This document shows, in pieces, positions 35,050-45,400 of a stretch of DNA of 64,000 nt. The stretch covers positions 24,596 to 88,595 of the forward strand of contig CAUWGC010000005.1 in the NCBI GenBank assembly GCA_963558405.1. Reading direction: 5' to 3'. Each line of letters starts with the position of its first letter. Positions within the stretch are counted from its first letter, which is position 1. This DNA is from an uncultured Clostridia bacterium (GTDB lineage Bacteria > Bacillota > Clostridia > TANB77 > CAG-508). The position numbers and the translations under genes are program-made. Below the pieces are notes generated by a model. The model was given only the letters and a program-made list of their open reading frames with translations, searched no databases and had not been told where the DNA came from.

Positions 35050-36513
35050 CTATTGTACATGATTTAAATCATATTCAAATATTTTTTGACCATCTGTAGT
35101 TGTTAGTTTTAAATAATATATTTTACCTTTAAAATTATTAGCATCTTGCCAATAACTTTTTCCAATATAATTTTGTGTTCTATCTATACCTCTTATTGGC
35201 GTAATTGTCTTAAACATTTCACCTGAGCCATCTCCACTTTTTTTATTTCCATTAATCATTATTTCAGAATAATATTTTGCCCAAAAGTTTGTATCCATGT
35301 TAATAGAAATATTAACTTTTTGGTTTACTGGAGTAGTATTATCAGAATAGTTTGTATGATATACTAGTAATTCTTTTCCACCTTGCGCCTCAAATTTAAT
35401 TTTATTATCAACCATTTGAATGATTATATGACTTTGACCAACACCTGATGAACTTAATCCATTACCTAATGTTAATAATCCCATATTTGCATCTTTTTCT
35501 TCTATATTAACTATAGCTTCAATTTTCATTCCATTTTTCCAGCTAAAATTTCCACTTATAGTTGGGAGCTGTACAAAATCATCAATTCCATCAAGTTGAA
35601 TTGCACAGTTATTTTCTTCATCTCTAATAATTTTAGCTCCACTAATCAATTTACCATGATAATTGTTTCCTGAATAATCAATAATATTATCGTTTAGGAC
35701 CTCTATTTTTAACACCTTTTTGACTTTAATAGGCTTTTCTAAATTTATTTCTAATTCTACTGTCTCTGAACTCAAGCTTTTTCCATTTTTAACTTTTAAT
35801 TGTAAATCCGCTTCTTTTATTTGCTTTTCTTTTCCTTTAATTGTCCCCTTATAATTTTCTTGAGTTAGATTAATATTTTCAATAACTACATCTAACGATG
35901 ATTTTTCTTTATCTTTCAATTCAATTTCATATACTATATCTTCATATGTAATATCTTCATTTTGATAATTTTTTAATGTTAATTTAATACTGCTTTCCAT
36001 ACTTAAGTCTAATTTTATATTATCTTTATCTATATGTGATGTAAAATATAGATTTATTGGAATATCTCCTATTCCTTTTAATTCAGAAATAAATATTTCT
36101 TTAAATTCTTTATCTATATAAGTTAGCTTTTCACCTTTTAAGGAATAATAGTCACCCGCATCCGTTGTTCCATACCCTTTTTCTAATCCTCTTAAATTAA
36201 ATTTTTCTAAATTTAATTTATAATCATATTCTATATATCCTTCATTAAATAGTTGAGTAGTTGCATTAATTTTATTTTCTGAAGTTTCGTTATAATGTTT
36301 TACATAATTTGAATCTATTTTACCTATTACAGCTTCTTTAACTGTTGCATATTCGTTTTTTATTATTGCATCTTTTGTACGATAAAATAAAGACTCATCT
36401 CCTACTACTAAATTCATTATTGCCGATGATAAAATTAATAAAATAACTATAGTTATTACAAGAGCAACCAATGTAATTCCTTTCATCTGTTCTTCTCTTT
36501 TTGTGATTTTCAT
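35050..36513 (-). CDS. Type IV pilin-like protein with C-terminal LamG-like domain
   Basis: KGITLVALVITIVILLILS prepilin-like N-terminus; DYSGNNYHGKL, LDGIDDFVQL, FKGKIYYLKL. Confidence 0.75.
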   Translation of the reverse strand: MKITKREEQMKGITLVALVITIVILLILSSAIMNLVVGDESLFYRTKDAIIKNEYATVKEAVIGKIDSNYVKHYNETSENKINATTQLFNEGYIEYDYKLNLEKFNLRGLEKGYGTTDAGDYYSLKGEKLTYIDKEFKEIFISELKGIGDIPINLYFTSHIDKDNIKLDLSMESSIKLTLKNYQNEDITYEDIVYEIELKDKEKSSLDVVIENINLTQENYKGTIKGKEKQIKEADLQLKVKNGKSLSSETVELEINLEKPIKVKKVLKIEVLNDNIIDYSGNNYHGKLISGAKIIRDEENNCAIQLDGIDDFVQLPTISGNFSWKNGMKIEAIVNIEEKDANMGLLTLGNGLSSSGVGQSHIIIQMVDNKIKFEAQGGKELLVYHTNYSDNTTPVNQKVNISINMDTNFWAKYYSEIMINGNKKSGDGSGEMFKTITPIRGIDRTQNYIGKSYWQDANNFKGKIYYLKLTTTDGQKIFEYDLNHVQ

Positions 36514-36689
36514 TTGTTTTCCCTTTCTCTTACATATTTTTGTTAATTCCTACATATAATATAATTTTTGCGTTTAATAGTCAAGATAAATTTTATATTT
36601 TATTAAAATTTATCTAACCTCTTTATATCCTTTCATAACAATAAAATTATATATTAAAAAGAACTACAATATAGTAGTTCTTTTGTTAA

Positions 36690-37555
36690 TTATTGGAATT
36701 TTGTTATATCATTTATTTTTCCTGCAAAATATGGATTGTTTTTTCCCTTTTCTATTAAAAATATTGCAAAAGTATCATCTAACGCAAATTCTCTAATTTC
36801 ATCATCTCTTATTGCTGCTGTATTTTCTACTGACATTCCAGCTTCACTTTTTATTTTTCCTCCAGTTTTATCTAGTTCAAATTCTATAGTTTGAACGGCT
36901 TTTTCTATTTCATATTCATCTCCATTTGAAAAGAAAAAAGTTTTATTTTGCAATTCTGTAAATTCATTTTTTTCTTTTAGTTTTATATTTGGAATTTTTA
37001 ATAATTCTCCTTCTTTAAAATATTTTTCTTTCTTATAACTTGTAGCTTTGCTTAAAATATTTTGATATATCTGGTTAAAAGTATTACCTTCTGGTTTTTT
37101 ACATAGTATAACTTCATCTTCTTGTTTTGTTTTTAATTTTATGCCAAAGTCATCTTTTGAATTATAATATAAAACCTGAACTTGTTTTCTTATTTCTTCA
37201 TTTTCACTATCCTTCTTTATTCCAAAGTAAGTTACATTATCATAATTAGCAAATTTTCCTTTTTCTAATTCTTCAAATGTTTTTTCAAACTCAAATTCTT
37301 TTTTCAACATAGCATATAAAAAGTAATCTTTAGGATTATTATTCCATTCAAAACTATCCAATATATCACTTTTTTCATTAAATTTTTGTTTTATAGCTCT
37401 TTCAATTTCTTCTTTTAATTCAAGTGATGGTGTCCCATATTTTTTGTAATAATATTTATCAGATAAGTCATTTACTGTAAAAGTTTCTTTATTTAAATTT
37501 TCTACTACCTTAAGTTGTGGTGAAAATATGATATCTTGTTTTGCTAAATCATTTT
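36690..37555 (-). pseudogene. N-terminally truncated hypothetical protein
   Basis: The frame of ORF 36690..37361 stays open upstream to about 37560 (LKNDLAKQDIIFSPQLKVVENLNK...) with no start or RBS, and overlaps the upstream ORF out of frame. Confidence 0.55.
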
Positions 37556-37830
37556 TTAAATGAACCCGCTATACATTTATTAAACATATACATTTCTACT
37601 TTCACTATTTGATTTTGTGCTACATCTTTATTAACTATAACGTTATATCCTAAACCTTGGTATTCAATTGTTTTATTAGTTGAATCATCTTCCTTAACGG
37701 TTATTGCAAATATTGGCTCTTTTAAATTAGCACATCTATTATAGTCTATAAAAAATATAACTAAATATAGAGCAAATATTACAACTACTATCCCTATTAA
37801 TATTTTTAATTTTTTATTCATAAATACCAC
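37549..37830 (-). CDS. Small membrane-anchored hypothetical protein
   Basis: TM, then IDYNRCANLKEPIF...YQGLGY...VEMYMFNKCIAG. Confidence 0.65.
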   Translation of the reverse strand: MVFMNKKLKILIGIVVVIFALYLVIFFIDYNRCANLKEPIFAITVKEDDSTNKTIEYQGLGYNVIVNKDVAQNQIVKVEMYMFNKCIAGSFKK

Positions 37831-37844
37831 CTTTATCCTTTCTA

Positions 37845-38756
37845 TTATTTAGACGTTTTTTTCTTTCTTTTTAGTTGGTATTTTGTTAAATAAATGGAAA
37901 ATATTATTGTAATTATTAAAAATACTGCTGAAAAGCTTAGTATCGCTATACTATAATAATTGATATTAACTACTTGTTCTGTAACTATTGTTTCTTTATC
38001 TATACTTTCTTCATGTATTTCATTTATTATATTTTCAACTTTTTCTTGTGTAGTATTTTGTCGCTCTTCATTTTCATTGTTATTTTCAAATTCGCCATCA
38101 CCTTTTATTGTATTATCATCTGCATAATCTACTGTACTATTCGTTAGTTCTGTGTCCATATTAGCAGCATTTTTAGGTACTAATAATGTTTTTACTCCAA
38201 TAAAAAATGTAATTATAAACATTCCTAAGTTAGTTAATAATATTTTTAATGTATGTACAGCTTTATAATATCTCCATTTTATGGTAGCTATTGGTTCATT
38301 TAATATATTAGCTATATCTTTAAATGATAAGTTTCCTATTATTTTTAAAGAAACAATTTCTTTTTCTTTATCGTTTAATTTTTCTATTAATTTATTGTAA
38401 CTATAATTGTTTACTATGTTATCTATTTCGTTGTTAGTATCTTCTATATCATATATTAAATCAATATCTATCATATTAGTTTTCTTTCTAAGTAATGTAA
38501 TTGATTCATTTTTTGTTACAGTATATAACCAACTTGCTTCATTTTTATTTGGAAGTTTGCTTTTATCCATTTTGTATATTTTTGAAAATACTATTTGTAC
38601 CACATCTTCAGAATCTTCTTTATTTTTTAATATTGTAAAAGCAATTTTGAAAATTAGCTTATTATAGTTCTCATATAATTTTTTAAAACTATTTTCTTTA
38701 TTATTTTTTAAACTATTGATTGTCTCTTTTAAATCTTCTTTATCAATATTTACCAT
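37845..38756 (-). CDS. ECF sigma factor with C-terminal membrane extension
   Basis: EDSEDVVQIVF, SWLYTVTKN, LSFKDIANILNEPIATIKWRYY; then TM, acidic linker, TM. Confidence 0.85.
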   Translation of the reverse strand: MVNIDKEDLKETINSLKNNKENSFKKLYENYNKLIFKIAFTILKNKEDSEDVVQIVFSKIYKMDKSKLPNKNEASWLYTVTKNESITLLRKKTNMIDIDLIYDIEDTNNEIDNIVNNYSYNKLIEKLNDKEKEIVSLKIIGNLSFKDIANILNEPIATIKWRYYKAVHTLKILLTNLGMFIITFFIGVKTLLVPKNAANMDTELTNSTVDYADDNTIKGDGEFENNNENEERQNTTQEKVENIINEIHEESIDKETIVTEQVVNINYYSIAILSFSAVFLIITIIFSIYLTKYQLKRKKKTSK

Positions 38757-38843
38757 TTTGCATCTCCTCTGTCATATATATACCATACAACATAAAAAAA
38801 AGAAAGACTAGATTTTTAATATCTAATCTTTTTGAATATTTTT

Positions 38844-38926
38844 TGGTACCGATGGTGGGACTCGAACCCACATGGTTTCCCGCCAGATTTTGAGTCTGGT
38901 GCGTCTGCCAGTTCCGCCACATCGGC
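38844..38926 (-). tRNA. tRNA-Leu (CAA)
   Basis: GCCGATGTGGCGGAACTGGCAGACGCA-CCAGA-CTCAAAA-TCTGG-variable arm-GTGGGTTCGAGTCCCACCATCGGTACCA. Confidence 0.97.
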
Positions 38927-39063
38927 ATTTTTACTTTAGCTATATTATCACACTTTTCTACTCTTGTCTAGTGTTTACTTGCAAAAATCTTGATTTTGTG
39001 GTTTAATATATATACTTCACTTTTGAAGAAACCTTACCACTTTGATTTAACATCTAAGGAGGA

Positions 39064-39483
39064 ATGAGTATGGGATTCGATGAATTAGGAACCTGTCCAT
39101 TCAATAATATTAATCATTTAACTTACAAGTTTGGTGGTCAAATTTCACCAACATTTGAACTTGTAAAGGAAAAGTTAAGAAATTTGCTTCCTAATATGGT
39201 GTACGAAGAGGGAAAGTTTGATTCCATTACAGACTGCTTGGCAGTCAAAGTCTTTACTCAGACAACTAATTTAAATGTAGCTCTTGCTGATACAGTTTAT
39301 CGTTTATATCAGAACATGTATCACCATACAGAACTATGGGGAAGAAAAAACAAGATTATACTCAGTGACCGCGAGATACCACTTAAGTTTTCTGGAAAGT
39401 TTTATTCTTTCCGGCAAGAAGGTTATATTGTGGAAGTAGGAGTTGTAGGTACACATATTGCAATTCACTTTCACTTAGATTAG
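39064..39483 (+). CDS. Hypothetical protein
   Basis: AAGGAGG RBS, 139 aa, followed by a terminator hairpin (AAAACAGCCTC/GAGGCTGTTTT). Confidence 0.65.
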   Translation: MSMGFDELGTCPFNNINHLTYKFGGQISPTFELVKEKLRNLLPNMVYEEGKFDSITDCLAVKVFTQTTNLNVALADTVYRLYQNMYHHTELWGRKNKIILSDREIPLKFSGKFYSFRQEGYIVEVGVVGTHIAIHFHLD

Positions 39484-39534
39484 TTTTAAAACAGCCTCTA
39501 TGGTAAGGGGAGGCTGTTTTTTTATTGCTTATTA

Positions 39535-40713
39535 TTATTTTATTTCATTTAAAAAGCTTTTTCCCCATTTAAGTATTGGTAAATTAAAATATTCTAATAT
39601 GGTAGCAGAAATATCAGAATAAGTTTTTCTTATTCCAAGTTCTACTCCACTATTAAGATTTTTACCATACACTAAAATTGGAATATATTCTCTTGAGTGA
39701 TCGGTACTTGGTGTACTTGGATCATTTCCATGATCTGCTGTAATAATTAGTATATCATCTTGTTTTAAATTTCCCATTATTTCTGGTACTTTAGAATCAA
39801 AATACTCTAATGCTTTTTGATATCCAACTATATCATTTCTATGTCCATATAGCATATCAAAATCTACTAAGTTAGTAAAAATTAGACCTTCTGTATCTTT
39901 TTTTATTTCTTCTATAGTTTTATCAATTCCATCTGCATTTCCTTCTGTATGAATAGCTCTTGTTATTCCTCTACCACCAAAAAGGTCTTCTATTTTTCCA
40001 ATAGTAATTACATCATTTCCATTTTCTTTTAGTACATCTAACATCGTTCTTCCAAATGTACTTGCTTCTATATCTTTTCTGTTATATGTTCTTACAAAAT
40101 TGTCTTTGTTACTTCCAACAAATGGTCTTGCTATAATTGTTCCTATATTATATTCTGGTTTATCAGCTAGTTTTCTTGCTATATCACACCATTTATAAAG
40201 TTTTTCTACCGGAATTATTTCTTCATGTGCTGCAATTTGAAGTACACTATCTGCTGATGTATAAATAATAGGATATCCTGTTTTAATATGTTCTTCACCA
40301 TATTGTTTTAAAAGTTCTGTTCCAGAACCTCTAACATTACCAATAATTCCGTCAATTCCCGCTTCTTTTTTAAATTCATCTATAAGTTCTTTTGGAAATC
40401 CATTTGGATATGTTTTAAAAGGTTCTTCTTTAACATATCCAGAAATTTCCCAATGTCCTACTGGACTGTTTTTACCTGCACAGGTTTCTATAGCTTTTCC
40501 GTAATTACCAATAACATTTTCTTCATGTTCATTTATTCCTATTTGTGGAATATTGTATAATCCTAATTTTTTTAAGTTTGGTAATTGTAATTTTGTATTG
40601 TCATAAATTCCTTTTAAAGTATTACTTCCCTCATCTCCATAAGTATTAGCATCTGGAAGTTCTCCTACTCCAAAGCCATCTAAAACAATAATAATAGCTC
40701 TTTTTTTACTCAT
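39535..40713 (-). CDS. deoB: Phosphopentomutase
   Basis: VLDGFGVGELPDA, YTSADSVLQIAAHE, NLVDFDMLYGHRND, ADHGNDP, TDHSRE. Confidence 0.96.
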   Translation of the reverse strand: MSKKRAIIIVLDGFGVGELPDANTYGDEGSNTLKGIYDNTKLQLPNLKKLGLYNIPQIGINEHEENVIGNYGKAIETCAGKNSPVGHWEISGYVKEEPFKTYPNGFPKELIDEFKKEAGIDGIIGNVRGSGTELLKQYGEEHIKTGYPIIYTSADSVLQIAAHEEIIPVEKLYKWCDIARKLADKPEYNIGTIIARPFVGSNKDNFVRTYNRKDIEASTFGRTMLDVLKENGNDVITIGKIEDLFGGRGITRAIHTEGNADGIDKTIEEIKKDTEGLIFTNLVDFDMLYGHRNDIVGYQKALEYFDSKVPEIMGNLKQDDILIITADHGNDPSTPSTDHSREYIPILVYGKNLNSGVELGIRKTYSDISATILEYFNLPILKWGKSFLNEIK

Positions 40714-40729
40714 TTTTTCCTCCTATCTC

Positions 40730-42991
40730 TTACTTTACATTATATTCATATACATAAATTTTTTTGTTTATTATAGTATTATCTTCTTGAATATAATTAA
40801 TTCGAAAACTGTCTTTTTTTATTTCTTCTAATTCAAATTTACTCATATCCACTAGTACATCTTCTGTTAAATCCATTCCTAATGGTAATGTTTGATTAAG
40901 ATTATCATAAAAAGTAATATTTGTAAAAAATATTAATGGCATAGCTTCTTTTATATTTAATCTATATAAATTTAATTCTTTTTCATTTTGATTTTTAATT
41001 GCATTTTCTGGTGTAAGATGAAAAACACAATAATCCATATCTGTTACATCATCTTCTGGATCTCCTGCCTTATATATTGAAAGTTCAAGTGGAGTTGTAA
41101 CTTTTTCATAAGCACTAGCAAGATGATATAATATTTGTTTTAATACATCTATATATTGCTCTTTATCCATATTGTCATGAATTCCTAAAATGGAATATAT
41201 ATTTTTTTCTATTTCTCTATGTTTCTTATTTGCTAGTAATTTTATTTTTCTTTTATCCTCTGACATTCCACCAAAAATATCTATATCGGCAATTTCTGCA
41301 TTTTCTTTTGCCTTTTTAAATTCTTGTTTTATTTTTTCTAGATGTTTTTCTATTTCTTTTTCGTCTTTTTTGTTAAGTACAGCTCTTCTTATCATGTTTA
41401 AATCTCTTAATACTTCAGTTCTTGTAATAAAGATAGCATCTAATTCTTCTTTGGTTAGTTTTCTTCTTTGTCTATCATCCATTTTCTTTCCCAAAGATTC
41501 CATATCGTCCTTATACTGAAATACCTTTTTTAGTTTTTTAGATAATTCCTCTTGATTTACCTGCTTACCTTCATTTAGTCCTAAATCATTGTCCTTATTA
41601 GCAAATTTCCAAAATTCAAAAATACTTTTTTTGTGATTATCAATTTCCTTTAAATATAATTCGGCATTTTCTATTTTTTTCTCCATAATTTCAATTTTGT
41701 TTTGTTGCGCATCAACATCAAGTCTTAAGTTTTTATATTCTAAAACCTTTTCTTCTAATATTTTACAAATATTTACTAAGTCCTCTAATGTGTACGTATC
41801 CTTTTTTTCAAAATCAACTTTAATTTCTACTGGTTCTTCTTTTTTTCTTTTTTGCAATTTTTCTATTACATCATCCTTATTCTTTTTTCCTGATTTAAAA
41901 AAGTATTTTACTTTTCCAAAAAAGCTTTTTCTACAATCTAAATATGTTGTAATTTGCTTTTCTTTGCTTATGTATTCTAAATCTCTAAGATTAGATATTT
42001 CTTTTAATTTTGATAATTTTCTTGTAAACTCAGTAATATCTTTTAATGTATCATATATTTTATTATATATTTTTTCTGTTTCTTCTTTCATAAACTCTGG
42101 AAGCATTGAATATGTAATTTTTTTATCTTTAAAATAAAAATCTAAGCCTCCATAATTATTAATTTTAGCATCAAATGTAAATTCTGTAGGTACTTCTGTT
42201 TGTAAAATAAATAAAGCTTTTATTAAGTTATATTCTTCTATTGCCTTTTCCCTTGATGAAAGTTTTATGTTATAAATACTTTTTATTTCTTCATATACTT
42301 TTGTATCTCCAACAATTTGAATATTCATAGTTTCTTTTTTATCATATACTTCGTAAATTTGTGGCCAATCATTTGTAAAAAGCCATAAGTAATTTTCTAA
42401 ATCCACTATTTCTGATTTTCTTAAAAACTCTGCCGAATATCCAACATAGCTTATTGGTACAAATATTTTTGATTTTCTTTTTTTACTTTCAAGCTGTTTT
42501 TTTAACAAATAAAATAAGCATGCATATTGACTTTCTCTTTCTGGAACCAACATAAAATACTTATTAGCTGATTGTGAATAAAATATTTGCCATTGATAAT
42601 GATTTTTAAATTTTACTTCAAAAGGTATTTTTTCTTGCAATTGTTTTTGCTCTTGTTCAATTTCTTCTATCTCTGATATAGACACTTCTTTTAACATGTT
42701 TAAAAATACAGTATGTTTTGCAATTCCTTCTTCTGTTTGTGGAATTAAATAAGTGTATAAAGGACTTGCTAATTTATATCTTTCTCTTAAATCTTCTGTT
42801 CTATCTGTTGGACTAATTAATATTTCAATTTCATTTACATCTATATATCTATATACCCTATATTTTTTTTCATCATATGTATTTGACACATGAAAATTTA
42901 GTGGCTCATATTCTTTTAAAATTTTTGGAATTTCTTCAAAATCTAAGCCTATATATTCTAGTTTTTCTTCTAAATCATCTTTCTTTGCCAT
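40730..42991 (-). CDS. Large coiled-coil hypothetical protein
   Basis: 753-aa ORF with GGAGG RBS and host-like codon use. Confidence 0.75.
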   Translation of the reverse strand: MAKKDDLEEKLEYIGLDFEEIPKILKEYEPLNFHVSNTYDEKKYRVYRYIDVNEIEILISPTDRTEDLRERYKLASPLYTYLIPQTEEGIAKHTVFLNMLKEVSISEIEEIEQEQKQLQEKIPFEVKFKNHYQWQIFYSQSANKYFMLVPERESQYACLFYLLKKQLESKKRKSKIFVPISYVGYSAEFLRKSEIVDLENYLWLFTNDWPQIYEVYDKKETMNIQIVGDTKVYEEIKSIYNIKLSSREKAIEEYNLIKALFILQTEVPTEFTFDAKINNYGGLDFYFKDKKITYSMLPEFMKEETEKIYNKIYDTLKDITEFTRKLSKLKEISNLRDLEYISKEKQITTYLDCRKSFFGKVKYFFKSGKKNKDDVIEKLQKRKKEEPVEIKVDFEKKDTYTLEDLVNICKILEEKVLEYKNLRLDVDAQQNKIEIMEKKIENAELYLKEIDNHKKSIFEFWKFANKDNDLGLNEGKQVNQEELSKKLKKVFQYKDDMESLGKKMDDRQRRKLTKEELDAIFITRTEVLRDLNMIRRAVLNKKDEKEIEKHLEKIKQEFKKAKENAEIADIDIFGGMSEDKRKIKLLANKKHREIEKNIYSILGIHDNMDKEQYIDVLKQILYHLASAYEKVTTPLELSIYKAGDPEDDVTDMDYCVFHLTPENAIKNQNEKELNLYRLNIKEAMPLIFFTNITFYDNLNQTLPLGMDLTEDVLVDMSKFELEEIKKDSFRINYIQEDNTIINKKIYVYEYNVK

Positions 42992-43094
42992 TTTATCCTC
43001 CTGTTTCTTTTGTAATACTTTACTAGTATATCACACTACTGTTTTGCTTACAATAAAAGAAAGAAAATCTGTTAAAAGATTTTCTTTCTTTATA

Positions 43095-45005
43095 CTATTT
43101 TCCAAAACTTTCTACTTCATTTTGTAATTTTTTAGCAAATTCTTCTAATCCCATTGCTCCAATATCTCCGTCTTGTCTAGAACGTACTCCTACGTTTTTA
43201 GCTTCAACTTCTTTATCTCCTAAAATTAACATATATGGAACTTTTTGAAGTTGTGCTTCACGAATCTTATAACCTATTTTTTCTTGTCTATCATCTAATT
43301 CTGTACGTATTCCTTGTTTTTCTAATTCTTTTTGTACTTGTTTTGCGTACTCTACATGACTATCTGCAATTGGTAAAATTTGCACTTGAACTGGTGCAAG
43401 CCATGCTGGAAATGCTCCTGCATAATGTTCTGTAATAATTCCAATAAATCTTTCTATACTTCCAAAAATTACACGGTGTAACATAACTGGTCTATGTTTT
43501 TCACCATCTTGACCTATATATGTTAAATCAAATCTTTCTGGCATTTGGAAATCTAATTGAATTGTTCCGCATTGCCATGTTCTGCCAATAGAATCTTTTA
43601 AATGGAAGTCAATTTTTGGACCATAAAAAGCTCCATCGCCTTCATTTATTTCGTATGGCATATTTTGACTTTCTAAAGCATGTCTTAGACCATTTGTTGC
43701 AATTTCCCATTGTTCATCAGAACCCATAGAATCTTCTGGTCTTGTTGATAATTCTACATGATATTCAAATCCAAAAATACCATAAACATAATTTATTAAT
43801 TTCATTAATCTAACAATTTCTGATTCAATTTGTTCTGGTAAGCAGAAAATATGAGCATCATCTTGTGTAAAGCATCTTACACGGAAAAGTCCGTTTAGCT
43901 CTCCTGATTTTTCATGACGATGTACTAATCCTAATTCACCTGAACGAATTGGTAAATCACGATAAGAATGCATTTTTCTTTTATATACAAGCATTCCTCC
44001 TGGGCAGTTCATTGGTTTTAGTGCAAAATCTGTTTCATCAATTTTTGTTGTATACATATTATCTTTATAGTGGTCCCAGTGTCCAGAACGATGCCATAAA
44101 TCTTCATTTAACATCATTGGTGTTTTTATTTCTTCGTAACCATTTTCACGATGTACTTTTCTCCAAAAATCTTCTAATACATTTCTTAAAATCATTCCTT
44201 TGGGTAAAAAGAATGGGAAACCTGGTCCTTCTGGTGCCATCATAAATAAATCTAATTCTTTACCTAATTTTTTATGATCTCTTTTTTTAGCTTCTTCAAT
44301 CATTGCTAAATACTCATCTAATTGGCTTTGTTTTGGATAAGAAATAGCATAAATTCTTTGTAACATTTTATTTTTTTCATTACCTCTCCAATATGCTCCT
44401 GAAGAAGATAATAATTTAACAATTTTTACTTTTCCTGTACTCATTAAATGTGGTCCAGCACATAAATCTACAAAATCACCTTGTTCATAAAAAGAAATTT
44501 CTTCTCCTTCTGGTAATTCTTCGATTAGTTCTTGCTTATATGGCTCATTTTTTTCTTTCATAAAAGCTATTGCTTTTTCTCTTGGAAGAGTAAATCTTTT
44601 TATTTCTAAATCTTCTTTTATGATTTTTTTCATTTCTTCTTCTATTTTTCCAAAATCATCTTCTGAAAAAGTTTTTTCTGTATCAAAATCATAATAAAAT
44701 CCGTTATCTATAGATGGACCTATAGTTAATTTTACATCTGGATATAGTCTTTTAATAGCTTGTGCCATTATATGAGAACTAGTATGCCAATATGCTTTTT
44801 TTCCATCTAGGCTATTTTCAAAATTTAAAATCTCTAGTTTACAATCTTTTTCTAATACATATCTTAAATCTTGTACCTCTCCATCAACTAAAGCACATGT
44901 TGCATTTCTTGCTAATCCTTCGCTTATTTTTTTTGCAACTTCTAAAACAGAAGCACCTTTTTCAACTTCTAAACTTGAACCATCTTTTAGTTCTACTTTA
45001 ATCAT
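43095..45005 (-). CDS. thrS: Threonine--tRNA ligase
   Basis: TGS domain, DLCAGPH, KPMNCPG, FTQDDAHIF, GAFYGPKIDF. Confidence 0.98.
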   Translation of the reverse strand: MIKVELKDGSSLEVEKGASVLEVAKKISEGLARNATCALVDGEVQDLRYVLEKDCKLEILNFENSLDGKKAYWHTSSHIMAQAIKRLYPDVKLTIGPSIDNGFYYDFDTEKTFSEDDFGKIEEEMKKIIKEDLEIKRFTLPREKAIAFMKEKNEPYKQELIEELPEGEEISFYEQGDFVDLCAGPHLMSTGKVKIVKLLSSSGAYWRGNEKNKMLQRIYAISYPKQSQLDEYLAMIEEAKKRDHKKLGKELDLFMMAPEGPGFPFFLPKGMILRNVLEDFWRKVHRENGYEEIKTPMMLNEDLWHRSGHWDHYKDNMYTTKIDETDFALKPMNCPGGMLVYKRKMHSYRDLPIRSGELGLVHRHEKSGELNGLFRVRCFTQDDAHIFCLPEQIESEIVRLMKLINYVYGIFGFEYHVELSTRPEDSMGSDEQWEIATNGLRHALESQNMPYEINEGDGAFYGPKIDFHLKDSIGRTWQCGTIQLDFQMPERFDLTYIGQDGEKHRPVMLHRVIFGSIERFIGIITEHYAGAFPAWLAPVQVQILPIADSHVEYAKQVQKELEKQGIRTELDDRQEKIGYKIREAQLQKVPYMLILGDKEVEAKNVGVRSRQDGDIGAMGLEEFAKKLQNEVESFGK

Positions 45006-45037
45006 AAAAAAACCTCCCTTTTTATCTATAGGAACAA

Positions 45038-45270
45038 AAAATACCCCTATAGATATATTTTAATATCTATAGGGGTAAGAAATATATTCTCACGGTTCCA
45101 CCCTAAATTTAACTTCATTAAAAGATTATAACGAATCTTACACGCTATCGTTTTGCGATAGAACAATAGAGGTAGTTTTTCAAACACGTTTATCCAGATT
45201 AGCTTTCAGCCGGTGACCAATCCTCTCTTTTGACAACCTTTATTTTACTTTGTCTCTATATTGTCTGTAT
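45038..45270 (-). promoter_or_regulatory. T-box riboswitch leader of thrS
   Basis: Minus strand AGAGAG...GCTGAAAG, likely ACC specifier, T-box AATTTAGGGTGGAACCGTG, terminator ACCCCTATAGAT/ATCTATAGGGGT; ends approximate. Confidence 0.9.
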
Positions 45271-45400
45271 GTTTACTATGATAACTCTTTTTAATTGGTT
45301 TGTCAAGGTGTGAAAGATTTATTTTAGAAAAGTTTTTTCAAAATTATGAAAAAACTTCTTGATTTTATAACTTTTTTCAAAAATCCATCTTCGTTTTCAA

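Noticed and set aside
37560-37570. GCGGGT at the 37.56-kb gene junction as a fourth CGG shift site
   Set aside because: The upstream frame reads GCG GGT, so CGG is not in frame and the signature does not match.
38743-38928. 61-aa ORF MPMWRNWQTHQTQNL...
   Set aside because: It is a translation of the tRNA-Leu gene, not a protein.
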